NCBI GenBank assembly: GCA_965637545.1
Contig: OZ281501.1
Location: forward strand, 15,252,001-15,316,000
Origin: Phallusia mammillata
Taxonomy: Eukaryota
Reading direction: 5' to 3'
DNA length: 64,000 nucleotides
The translations under genes were made by a program, and so were the position numbers. Within the stretch, counting starts at the first letter, position 1. The number at the start of each line of letters is the position of its first letter. Shown piece by piece: positions 1-12,212 of this stretch. Below the pieces are notes generated by a model, which saw only the letters and a list, made by a program, of their open reading frames with translations, searched no databases and was not told where the DNA came from.

Positions 1-850
1 CCACAATACCTTTGACTGAACATGTGCATTTTTAGTTTTGGTGGTAAGGGTTTCATATCTTACTAATACCCTATTGTTCTGTTGAGTTGTTGACTCGTTA
101 AGCAATAGCTATAGATTGCGTCTGACAAAACGCTGTTAATAAACATAAAGATCAAGAGATGAACTTAATGTCTCTAAAAACACGTTAAAGTGGTCAATAA
201 ACGGTCGTTATCGCACGACGTGGTGTTGCTTTCGATCAACTTACAGGGGTCGCAAAAAAAAAAGGATTTGGAGCATTTTTTTCTTTTGTTACTTAAACTG
301 TATGTTGGAAACCATTCAAATTTACATGCAAAAACAATCATGTTAGTTGGTACAATGGTATATATAGTAAACCGTCAAACAGGATATAGAGTATAAAAAT
401 GGAAATATATAGAAAAGCCACCTTTTATAGTTTGCAAATTTGCATAAATTTTGGGCTTCAAAAATAATTTAAAATAAAGGGTATAAAAAGCGTTGTTTGC
501 ATGGAGATCAATATAAATTAAATTAGTCTCGCAAACTGCTTCACAAATTAAATGTTGGTTCAATTACTGCATTTGTGCTGCAACGAGACTAATTTTTTAA
601 CAGCAAAACTCAGTTCGTTGATTTTAGCGGGCAAATTTGTAAGGTAAAAGTATAATGGTTACAACTCAACTGAGAAAACAATTAATGTTTTCTGATTGAC
701 TTCAAAGTCAACTTCAAATATACTCGTAGGCCTGTAAAGCAAAGTAACAAAATATAAAAATAATAACTGTTCGGTGTTATTTAACTGGTCTTCACACACG
801 CAATGTTTTATATTTTTACGATTTGTATGATTTTATTTCTTTGTTTACAG

Positions 851-919
851 GCAACTGACCCACCTGTAGTTTCGGCAATGACATTGACCAATTCATCGCA
901 GGCTGGCACAACCCCCTAA
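851..919 (+). CDS. Possible terminal exon of an unrelated plus-strand gene (ATDPPVVSAMTLTNSSQAGTTP*)
   Basis: Polypyrimidine tract plus tttacAG at 850, 23 open codons to TAA, AATAAA at 1074. No recognisable domain. Confidence 0.25.
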   Translation, partial: ATDPPVVSAMTLTNSSQAGTTP

Positions 920-1864
920 TAGACTGCGTTTTCTTACATTAAGAGATTGCTGACAACATTATCACTGACATCTTTTATCATTTGTGTAAATACAAATATA
1001 TTTCTACCATGTGCGTAGGGAATATTTTAAATCTATAGGACAAGTTTGGCCCAGAACTGTCATACCAGTAGGCAATAAATAATATTGCAGCACGAAATTG
1101 TATGTGGCTTGTGGTTACATGACAATATAAAACTCAGTTCATGTTTTCCTAGTTTGTCACAAAACTTAGTACGAAGGTTCAAAAAAATTTACCTGATGTA
1201 GTCAAACAGGGAAATATTTAAAAGGGAAGTGAACTGAAAAAAAGTCAACAATATCAATGATGTCAAGCGATGTGTTTAATTTTTTTGATGATTTGACACA
1301 ACGCACAAATGTGAAATAAGACAATAATTATGAAAATGTCACTTTCATTGTTGCGTAACAAATGTGATTTTGGCACGAAATTATGTCGTAACAACAACAG
1401 TGTTTGTCGTCACAACTTGAATGTTTGCTTTAACGAAGCAGCTGCGATTGATTGGGGAGATTAAAAAGTTTCCACTGACCACTTTGATGAAAAATGTGTA
1501 CATATGCAACGTTTTAACGTTGTAACAACTAGGTGATGCTGGTCAATAAAAATCATGACCATAAATATGTGGTAATTGTCAATCAAAATCGCATGCAGAA
1601 AATTTACTGTTATTGCTTTGTGTAAGTGGCAGCCTAAATTAATACTGATCAGTCGATCGTGTACGATTAGGAAATTTTTCGTCGATTTTAACGACTAACA
1701 AGTTGACCACCCCTGCAATAAACAATAACTTGTAACTTATCTCCTATTTAAAGGCACAAAACCTGTTACCCCGTTGGTCCGCTGTTTGATTTTTGTTTGT
1801 TTCTTTCTTTAAAGCACGTCAGTTTACATCCAAATAAACCATAACATTAAAATTTGCACACCTT

Positions 1865-2235
1865 AAAACATGACTCGAACACATTTTGAGTCTAAGTCTA
1901 TCTGCAGGGGGGATACAATGTTTTCAAAATCAATAATTATCAAATCAACCCCGTACGTGACGCAGTACAAGAACTTACAATTTATAACTACCTTTAAAAA
2001 TACCATAAAATATAAACTGGGGTTATATATTATAAAGCATTTACCCGAAGCAACTTGTGCAGTCGGTGATCATTTCATGATACTCCTGTCATGGACAATA
2101 ATACTATTGTACATACATCGTTTAGGAGATTTAAGTCATTGTGGTGCTTTGAACAAATTATGATTCCATGTTCTTCCTGTTTGGTTGACATCAAAATTGT
2201 GCCGCACAGCAAGTGCAAATGCATTAGGCGACTGG
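1865..2235 (-). repeat. Inverted partial copy of dispersed repeat family F
   Basis: Reverse complement aligns by eye to 24975-25330 (e.g. gcattaggcg / cacagcaagtgcaaatgc / ggaatcat blocks). Confidence 0.75.
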
Positions 2236-2476
2236 GACTAGACTATTTTAGCAATTTTTTTGGGTTGATCGAAAAAAGGAAAGGCTGTAGCCTTAGGGTT
2301 TTTTAAAAAATCGGATCAAAGTTTTCAAGTTTGAAAACCGGTCAACCGGTTTGGAGGTTCGGTAGGAGGCAGAAACCGGTCAAAACCGGTTTGAAACTGG
2401 AATATTCCCGCGAAACCCCACCGAAAACCGTATTTTTCTTCAATTCTTTGACCCCCAAAAATCGAAAAGGCTATAG

Positions 2477-3712
2477 CAGGGGTGTCCAACCTTTTTGGCC
2501 AAAGGGCCACATGCGGTTTACGAATGATTGTACGGGCCACTTAAGTGTTACTGGCTAACTGCTAGTTTGGAATCAGAAATAGCTGTCTTATAATTTCTAA
2601 TTAAAATCCTCACACCGAAATTTTAATCTTAGAAATGTGTATTATCCTCGTTTACAATTATAAGAACAATAAACACACCATGATTTAGTAAAGTCAACAA
2701 AGTTTTTACCACACGTCGACATTTCAATGTGAAGTTTGGCACTGTTTTTCTCTAACAAGTTGGGCAATATTCGGTGAGATGGACGATGGAGCAATGCGAA
2801 GCTATTTTTTTCATATGGCTGTCAGAAATTACTGATCTCGCAGGGGATTTAAAGTCACATGTCAACCTTTCTTGGAAAGTTCTGTTAGCGTTACTTGCTT
2901 TTTGTTTCCTGTTTGGCATAATCTATATCAGTGCTCTTCAACCGGTGTGCACAGTGCACCCTAGGGTGCACCAAAATAGGCCTATGCATGGGGTGCACCA
3001 GTACGAAGGGGTATACAAGGGTGCATCACAAAGTTTTAATGAACCATTAATATTTGATTGTCAGGATATTAGAAAAAAGATGTAGGTTTCAAATGATGTG
3101 AGCCAAGGTAAACTTTTTTAATGTTTTATCCCCGTGTCCAAGTTTGATAGTGTCTGCGTTACAGTCCGATTATATTAGGACATCGATTTTAAGCTTTTTC
3201 TCCTGTGTTTTACAGAAAAAAATGTTTTACAGTAAAGTTAACCTTTTTAAGTAAACAGGGTGCATGAGTTCGTCACAACAACTTTAAGGGTTCACCAAGC
3301 CAAAAAAGGTTGAACAGCACTGATCTATATCATTGCAGAGTGCGGAAGATGTTTTACTGCTAAATGCGTCTTGCGCGAGTCTCTGATACCAGATGTATCT
3401 CAATGAACCAAGAAACATTACTGACTGACTCTTGAAGCACGAGTCAGATTGTGACATAACAATATGAGAATTGTGATACGTAACAATGCGCATTGTGACG
3501 CAATAAAAGTAACTTCAAAGTTGTGTATAAATACTCTATTAACAAAGAAACAAAGCAAACAATCAATGCCAATTTTTCATAATAAATGTTCCGCATAAAT
3601 TACGTAGGCGATTAAGTTGCCAATATGAGTCATTTCAAAAATACTACGCGGGCCACTCAGAACCTTCCAGCGGGCCACATGTGGCCCGCGGGCCACGGGA
3701 TGGACAACCCTG
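2477..3712. mobile_element. Non-autonomous hAT (Charlie/Buster-type) element
   Basis: Termini CAGGGGTGTCCAA...TGGACAACCCTG. Exact 8-bp TSD GGCTATAG at 2469-2476 and 3713-3720. Confidence 0.9.
2929..3322. mobile_element. hAT MITE nested in the 2477-3712 element
   Basis: TIR CAGTGCTCTTCAACC / GGTTGAACAGCACTG. TSD ATCTATAT at 2921-2928 and 3323-3330. Confidence 0.9.
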
Positions 3713-4109
3713 GGCTATAGCCATAGGGTTTTTTCAAAAATCGGGTCAAAATTATCGATTTTGAAAAGCGGTTTAAACCGGTTTGGAGGTTCGGTAGGAG
3801 GCAGAAACCGGTCAAAACCGGTTTGAAACTGGAATATTCCCTCGAAACCCCACCGAAAACCGGATTTTTCTGCGATTTTTTGACTCGCAAAAATCGAAAA
3901 AACGGAAAGGCAATAGCCTTAGGGTTTTTTCAAAAATCTGGTCCAAATTTCAGATTTTAAAAACCGGTTTGGAGGTTCGGTAGGAGGCAGAAACCGGTCA
4001 AAACCGATTTGAAACTGGAATATTCCCGCGAAAACCAACCGAAAACTGTTTTTTCTACGATTTTTTGACCACCAAAAATCGAAAAAACGGAAAGGTTATA
4101 GCCATAGGG

Positions 4110-4430
4110 CAGTGGTTCTTAACCTGTGGGTAATTACCCCCAAAGGGGTAATTTGGCATTTTAAAAGGGGTAACATAGATTTTCTGTTATAGTTATCTTT
4201 AGATTCTTGATAATCAGATTTGCACGCTTAGTAGCTAAAAAGCAGTATCAACCTTCCCATTAACTGCATTTGAAATGAACCTTTGAATGTACAATAAATA
4301 ATGACTTTGTTTTTCTGTGGGTTTATTTTGGATTGCAAGCTATATTAGGCGATGTTTTTCTAAAAAGGGGTAATTGATATCCATCAAAACATTTTGTGGG
4401 TAACAACAGAAAAAAGGTTAAGAACCACTG
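4110..4430. mobile_element. hAT MITE
   Basis: TIR CAGTGGTTCTTAACCT / AGGTTAAGAACCACTG. TSD CCATAGGG at 4102-4109 and 4431-4438. Confidence 0.92.
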
Positions 4431-5881
4431 CCATAGGGTTTTTTCAAAAATCAGGTCAAAATTTCAGATTTTGAAAACCGGTTTAAACCGGTTTGGAGGT
4501 TCGGTAGGAGGCAGAAACCGGTCAAAACCGATTTGAAACTGGAATATTCCCGCGAAACCCCACCGAAAACTGTTTTTTTCAACGATTTTTTGACTCGCAA
4601 AAATCGAAAAAACAGAAAGGCTATAACCTTAGGTTTTTTTCAAAAATCGGGTCAAAATTTTTCATATTTAAAACCGGTTTGGAGCTTCGGTAGGAGGCAG
4701 AAACCGGTCATAACCGGTTTGAAACTGGAATATTCCCGCGAAACCCCACCCAATAACCGGATTTTTCTTAAATTTTTTGAACCCCAAAAATCGTAAAAAC
4801 GGAAAGGTCACAGCCTTAGGGTTGTTTCAAAAATCGGGTCAAAATTTCAGATTTTGAAAACCGGTTTAAACCGGTTTGGAGGTTCGGTAGGAGGCAGAAA
4901 CCGGTCAAAACCGATTTGAAACTGGAATATTCCCGCGAAACCCCACCGAAAACTGTTTTTTTCAACGATTTTTTGACTCGCAAAAATCGAAAAAACAGAA
5001 AGGCTTAGGGGTTTTTCAAAAATCAGGTCAAAATTTTTCATATTTAAAACCGGTTTGGAGCTTCGGTAGGAGGCAGAAACCGGCCATAACCGGTTTGAAA
5101 CTGGAATATTCCCGCGAAAACCCACCGAAAACTGTTTTTTTCTACGATTTTTTGAATCCCCAAAATCGTAAAAACGGAAAGGCTTAGGGGTTTTTCAAAA
5201 ATCAGGTCAAAATTTTAGATTTTGAAATCCGGTTTGAACCGGTTTAGAGGTTCGGTAGGAGGCAGAAAACGGCCATAACCGGTTTGAAACTGGAATATTC
5301 CCGCGAAACCCCACCGAAAACCGGATTTTTCTTCTATTTTTTGACCCCCCAAAATCGAAAAAACGGAAAGGCTATAGCTTTAGGTTTTTTTGAAAAATCG
5401 GTTCAAAATTTTAGATTTTAAAAATCGGTTTAAACCGGTTTGGAGGATTTTTTGACCCCTTAAAAATCGAAAAAAACGGAAAGGCTACAGCCTTTGGTTT
5501 TTGTCGAAAATCGGGTCAAAATTTTCGATTTTGAAAACCGGTTCAAACCGGTATGGTGGTTCGGTAGGAGGCAGAAACCGGCCATAACCGGATTGAAACC
5601 GCAATATTCCCGCGAAACCCCACCGAAAACTGGATTTTTCTTCGATTTTATAACCCCGTAAAATCGAAAAAATGGAAAGGCTATAGCCTTAAGGTTTTGT
5701 CAAAAATCGGGTCAAAATTTCAGATTTTGAAAAACGGTTTGAACCGGTTTGGAGGTTCGGTAGGAGGCAGAAACCGGTCAAAACCGGTTTGAAACTGGAA
5801 TATTCCCGCGAAACCCCACCGCAAACAGGATTTTTTTTCGATTTTTTTGACCCCTAAAATCGAAAAAAAGGAAAGGCGACG

Positions 5882-6450
5882 CAGGGGTGGCCAACCGGTC
5901 AAAGCCTAAGAACCACATATTTTACTGTGTTACCACAAAGAGCCAAATTAGACACATGGGCACACATGTTCCCTCCTCACACACCGATATCTGTGCCAGA
6001 TTTATTCTAAATGTAGCACCCAACAGAATAATGAAACATTTTGACTTGTATGGTCCACGGGCTAGTCATTTTCAACAATCAATGAATTGCACTGTCTCAC
6101 ACACAAACTCTCATTTCAACAAAAAACATAATATTTAAAACATCATAAAATTTAATTTGTTGAAGAATTGTTTCTGCTTGGGTAGTGACCAATTTTTGCT
6201 TGCAAAGTTCAAACTTGGGCGTCGAGTTAAAACTAAGGCGGCGAAACTAAATTCATTGCGACGTCCCTAATGCATTCAACACCAACAATCGTTCAATTCA
6301 AACCCAAGACCAAATGACAAACTCCCAATAAAATATAACGTTCGCCAATAAAATAGGCTATTTGCCACATAATGTTACAGTTTTAAGGTTTGTGGCCATA
6401 TCGATAGTAAGTTTGTTCAAAAGCAAAATTGTTATAGCTTTATTTCAAAC
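5882..6450. mobile_element. Truncated hAT MITE, same family as 57974-58644
   Basis: Starts CAGGGGTGGCCAACCGGTCAAAGCCTAAG like 57974 and shares internal blocks. Right TIR missing. Confidence 0.8.
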
Positions 6451-6464
6451 TTAACCCTATAGCC

Positions 6465-6674
6465 CAGGGGTTCTTAACCAGGGGACCCCCAAGGGGTGCG
6501 AGAACTGTTCCTAGGGGGTGCGGGGATGCTGAATCATTAAGGTTGGTTAGGTCTATTCTATTTATGCAATTACAGAAGGGGGAGCGAAAGATGGTTGGTG
6601 ATTTGAAAGGGGGTGCGAAATTTGTTTGGTGATTTGAAAGGGGTGCAGCAAGGAAAAAAGGTTAAGAACCACTG
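6465..6674. mobile_element. hAT MITE
   Basis: TIR CAGGGGTTCTTAACC / GGTTAAGAACCACTG. TSD CTATAGCC at 6457-6464 and 6675-6682. Confidence 0.9.
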
Positions 6675-6739
6675 CTATAGCCTTTCCGGTTTTTTTCGAT
6701 GGTTTTGGGGGTCGGGGGGCAAAAATGTAAGAAAAATCC

Positions 6740-6950
6740 GGCATACAGAAAGCATTGCAAATGCTTGCCTGCATTGCAATAGCTGTACAACCAAACAAGC
6801 TCAGTTTAAATCGTACAGAATTTGTAGGACATTTGGAGAAAAAATGTGTGATCAGAATCAAGGAGAAAATTTATACTTGATTCAAATATTTTACAAATTA
6901 AAGTTCTAAAACATGATAATAAACGTAAAAGAGAAACTTGCATCAATATG
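6740..6950 (-). pseudogene. Relic of another protease paralog (fragment of the intron between protease exons 4 and 5)
   Basis: Aligns to 9488-9650 and 28867-29010 (gcatacagaaagc...gcaatagctgtacaaccaaacaag...cagaatcaag...ttgattc). No exons remain. Confidence 0.7.
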
Positions 6951-8238
6951 TACATAAACCACAAAACGTAATGTACCAGCTATCATATATATCTTTATTA
7001 AACAATGTTTTATAACGATAGAATTCATGTTACGTGCAGTTTGTATTGTTTATAGATTAGTTACAAAAATATATTAGGCGTAAAAGAAGAAAGACCATAC
7101 CTTCCTTGTGATATGTAAAAGTGAGTCCACAAATAAAACATATTTATTTGTCAGAAAGCGGTTTTAACCCGTAGCTACTTTTCCTAATCGATACCGAAAC
7201 GACTTCATGAATTCTTGTTACAAAATTAATGGAAAACTTAATGCGAGGCATGTGGAGAAATCACGTGACCAAGTTCCCCGTCCAGATTGGAAGTCACGTG
7301 AACTTGTGATCTGGAACACGGAGTTTGGCTGTTCACATTTCTTTCTGTGTTAGATTGACGCAGTGGCCCGGTGATCTTCCGTCAGACCCAGAGGGCAAGT
7401 CAGCTTCGTTTGGAGCCGGCAACTTGGCAAACTGGAAAATTGCTGAGCGCAAGAAAAAGTGGCATTGAACTCACGCAGCGTGAAAGTCACATACAACACG
7501 CCAGTATGCAGGGCTACGCGGTGGCAAAGTGAAAACCTCACACGATGTACAAGTTAATTTAAGTTTTGTTTTCGTTTTCCTCTTCACTGGGTCAATAATA
7601 TTTTTTCTAGTGGTCAAACTAAACGTTTTGCCTACATAGGCTCACACGAAAGGCTGTTAGCGCTGATGATTTGTGGCCTAGTTCATTCAACCTCCAAACA
7701 ACTGATCACGACCTTTCAATATGAGAGCGAGACGCCAGAAAAGGTTTTGACTGTTAAACGTTAACCAAACGCATTAGATTCGGCTTCTTAAAAATGAATA
7801 TATCCAGTACGCGAGCGACATCTTGTGGACATATAAGTCGTATATTGCAGTAGATGCAAAATATACACTGTGGACAAGAACTAGAAAAGTCTGCTATAAG
7901 TAAGCACACAAAAATGCAAAATTATTGCACAAAACACGTCGCGTACGTCTAAGAAAAATTAGCAGAAGTTTCCGACGTATTTAGTATACTTTATTTAAAA
8001 CATCAAAGTCAAGCGAAGAAACAATGTTTCAAAAACAGGAACCAGCATAACATTTAATTGCAAATACAATATATGTGTGTTCTTTGGAAAAAAATGGAAG
8101 GAATTATATACAATTTGTTTGGAGCATGCTTAGCATATTTTGAAAACATAATGGGTATATTTTAATAAGTTAACTTTTTCGATTTTGTGTACAAAACTGT
8201 TCTTGTGCGTATACAACAATTCTCGTTGTCACACATAA

Positions 8239-11200
8239 TTAGGGATTGTCATTCACCGTGGATTCAATCCAATTTTGGACTTTGGAAACTTCTGTGTAAA
8301 ATGCAGGATACACAAATCCATCTCTGTGAACTTTAGCACATCCGTAGGCAAAACTGGCAATTCCAATTTGGATCCAACACGATTCTCCGGTATTCGGGTT
8401 CTTGTACTTTAAATCAAGGTTGTAACGTTGTTTATTTGCCTAAACCTGTGTCTTAACTTTTAAGCAAAAATGCAGGTCGAGCCTGGTTCGGGCCTCGTTC
8501 GGGCCTATTTTTCTCGTCACAACGGCCTATGTTTAAGTTGGCCAAGCTGTTGCGTTCGATAACGTTAGCTTTCAGGACCAGTCGGGATTTTAAAAATTAT
8601 TCGGCTTTGGACCGTGCTTTGTGCTTTTACTTTAATGTTTGGGCCTTAAAGTTTGGCAAGTTTACTCTTGTCGTATTATCACTGCTTGACCCGGCATTAA
8701 ATGCCTGACAATATTTTGTTTCTTCAAACAAATTAAATGATCACAGACTCAGCATTTAACACGTAAAAACACGTAAATAGTAAATACACAACTTTGTATT
8801 AACACCCAATTGCACATATACCTGTCGCATAAGAGGTACACCACTATCTCCCTGACATGTGCCAGACACTGTATTCAACCACTCGGGACTTTTCACACAA
8901 ATCATGCGATTAGTGTACGATACACGTGTTCCCGATATCGCTTCGATCCTTTCAACCCCTTCATTGCATCTGGTGATACAAGGGTTCAAAAATAATAAAG
9001 CATCACTAATCACCGCTTAAACACTGCCGCAACTAAACACTTTTACAAATTTTTTGACCCACAAGTGGTGATATGTAAATCTTGTCATTTAAATTCGTGC
9101 AGAAAAAATGACTTGCGCAAAACAAAAAGACGATTAAACTTTTAGGAGAATTTTCACTCGATTCCCTACCCTACTTTACGTTAAGAACTACTGGTTAACT
9201 CAAATGGTTTAGCATTAATAACGTGTAACAGAGCGCCAGAACCAAATTCGAACCATAAGGTCTGGTTAAAGGTTGAATAATTGATCAAGGTACGTTTTCA
9301 CGGCTTCATCACATTACTGTTATCAACTCAAACTTACGAGGCATCTGACTGGATTTGTTGGACTGCTTCCTTGAGACTGTACGGAATTGGGACCGTTCTG
9401 TTTTTAAACAAAGCCCATCTACCAAATCCTGTAACAATCAGAGGTATTCTGCTATCTTCAACGTAACGATCGGCAAGCCATCTTCCTGCATACAGAAAGC
9501 GTTGTAAATGCTAGCCTGCGTTGCAATAGCTGTCAAAACCAAACAAGCCAAATTCAAATTGTACATAATTTGTGGGACATTTTGAGGGAACAAAATATAT
9601 AGTCAGAATCAAGAGAGAAAATTTAAACTTGATTCGAAATTTCGGCAAATTTAAAGAGTCCCGTCGATTAAACAATGAGCTCTCGAGCGACACCCTGGTT
9701 TAATATGTAGCAACAATTGTTACGTCACCTGGTACCAAGTACACATGATAAGTGAAAACATGATAATTCGGTAAATGATTTTTACTTTTTTTTAGTCTAT
9801 TGTTTGTTCGTTTTTCTCGCAAGGACGGAATACTATCTAACGGCAAAGTCGGGATTTTAAACATTGATTATTACCAACGTTACTCAGTTGAACTTTCTCC
9901 AAGGCAGTGGTTCTTAACCTTTTTGCTGTGGTTTCCCACTAAAGTCAATTACCAACTTCGAATTCCCCCTCTGTTATTTTTATAGTCATGTTTTGTGCCC
10001 TACGTTAACAAAAAAAATGTAAATGAAATAATTTTGTTAGTTTAGAAAGTGCTTCTGTGAGAGATTAAACTTTTTTAAAAATTGAAGAGTCTGCTCTGCT
10101 TGCATTAGTCATTTGTTGCATCACAATCAACAATGGATAGGCTTTTGTTCATGCACAATAGCAAAGTCATTGATGGTTTTACTCTTCTCTGTGATGTAAC
10201 AAACGACCTTTGAATTTGTATGTGTCTTGTAAACCTTGATAAAATCAATCTAAAGTAACTTTCAACGGTTAGTTTAAAGCCGGATTTGACCCTAGTGCCC
10301 GAGTCTGCTCTTTGAAAGCATACCTAATTTCCCTCCGAATACATTAAATTTCCCACTAGTGGCTGTGCTATAATGCCTAACGATGGATCAACAAATTTCC
10401 CACCGGTTAAGAACCACGGCTCCAAGGGCTATCTCCGAATCATACATGAAATACCAGAAATATAGTGCAGTTGTGACAGAAGTTCTTGTTTACGGAGTTT
10501 TTATGATTTCTAGTGTAATTCTAATATATAACTACGAATTTCTGCGATATTTTAATGAATATTCACAATTGAAATGAACCGCTGTTTTTGCAAAGGTTTG
10601 TTGCACCTGGTGCTGCACGTTCTTTCCACTTGCCTTTCTTTTGACATTTGACATCCTCGGAGTCGCCATTTCCAAATATTTGGTTGCCATTGTGGTCCAC
10701 GTACTTTTCAATGGAGACACAAGTATTGCTGCAGGGCAGACATATTGGTTTCACATAGGGCGAAAGGGGGATAGTTCCGTCAAACTCTGGTCTTCTGCTC
10801 GACCAAACCCAACTTAATCCATCCCTGATGGCGTGAAGTGCCACACCGACTCGAATCTAAACAACTTGTCAACAGTAATCTCAACAACGACCTGGGCAGA
10901 CGTTGTAAGTTTTTACTTTTTACTAGTTAAGCAGTTTATGAAACAACAGTTTAGAGAGATAGTAAAGTTGTCAGTTTACTATTCATTTCGGATGAAAGGT
11001 AAATAAAAAATACTGTCAGTTTACTACTCATTTCGGATGATTTATCGGAAATGCTGTCAGTTTTCGGATCTGTTAAAAGCTTGATATTATATAGAAATGA
11101 TAACTTTATAAAAAAATCAACTTTTTAATTTAAGTTAAAAGCTAAATCAAACCGGATACCCTATTTCTGCATTTTGTTCAAATTGAATGTGAAATGTTTT

Positions 11201-12212
11201 GCTTTATCTCTAAGGCAATTGAAAGCATCACATTTCGTAAATGTTCGTTTTATTTTGGTGCTAAGCAAAATATTGACCACACTTAAGATAAAATTCTACC
11301 AACGCCACGTCATGATCAAAGTTGGTTCTTCCAGCGCCGCGATCTTCTCGCTCAAAATCTTGATGAATAGAAATTCTTCGCGGTTGGAAAACTTTCATGG
11401 CCGGGTTGATGGCTTGCCTCAGCCTTGGCCGCTCGAAAATACCTGACAAAAAGACAAAAGATCACTGATTTCGCGCCATCCGACAAAAGAATACGATACG
11501 ATATTACCCAAGTTGTTTATTACCTACTGCCACAGCCAGTCTGCTTGTCAGCCATTCGATGTCGGCCCAACCGTCAAATATATGAGCGGCTGTAAGGACC
11601 CATTGCTGATTAATGAGGCTTCCACCAGCGAAAATCCGTTTGAAGCTCTGTGGTTGTAAAGAATTACTGCGCGAAACCCATCGAAAATAAAACAGATTCA
11701 AATTGCATTTATTGTTGAATTACTATTTAGAAGCAAGTTTCTCAAAGTAATTTTAAAAAAATGTCTGGTAGTATGCAGACTGTGGCAATTTTCCGGCTTC
11801 TGACATTCGTATCAACTTGCACTACACCTAGTATTATGGCTTGTTTACCATCTTGTGTATTAAGGGTTCATGTTTTTAAAAAATACCGAAATAGCAAACC
11901 GCAGCACAACATAAACATATTATAAACGTAACGTAAAAACATAATGTGATGATAGCCCGCGCTGCAGACAAGTTTTAAAAGAAATGTATCGACCAAAAAG
12001 TTATTACCTAATTTTCAGAACAAATGATTATAACCGCTTTACACGGACATTGTTGTTAAAACTAACTTGGTAAACTGTTGATCCATCGGTAGGCATTATT
12101 GCAGCTTGCCAAGGCCAGGCTCTTTGGGCTTTACTTCCTCCGATGACGCGGCCAAACGCCTTTTTGCGGAGAATACTGTCCTTGTCGCCAGCTTGGCCGC
12201 ATCTCTTTAAAT
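8239..12212 (-). CDS. Gene A serine protease cassette (7 exons; H57/D102/S195 intact)
   Basis: FGR-VIGG...WPWQAA; [19 protein letters not shown]; DHDVAL|IRV; [10 protein letters not shown]; IVTGFG; [13 protein letters not shown]; [13 protein letters not shown]...YPAFYTEVS. Exon lengths 146/124/143/223/148/148/168. Confidence 0.95.

Larger units (their letters stand above)
2266..5881. repeat. Tandem satellite, 11 units of about 180-196 bp (one internally deleted to 113 bp), interrupted by hAT MITEs
   Basis: Junction AAAGG(CTATAGCCTT) recurs at about 2280, 2466, 3906, 4091, 4616, 4803, 4999, 5178, 5367, 5480, 5676 and 5872. Core GGAGGTTCGGTAGGAGGCAGAAACCGG is in nearly every unit. Confidence 0.95.

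Noticed and set aside
2325-5902. Repeated ORFs (MKLEYSRETPPK..., FRWGFAGIFQFQTG...)
   Set aside because: Translations of the satellite unit; no splice signals or conserved frame. The array is also not CRISPR: the genome is eukaryotic and there are no unique spacers.
7029-7720. Possible solo LTR
   Set aside because: No matching TG...CA ends with a TSD, and no second copy in the window.
10620-10633. Intron start reads G-K-W like the next exon, suggesting intron birth by duplication
   Set aside because: Mostly forced by the AG|GCAAGT consensus; only two extra bases match.
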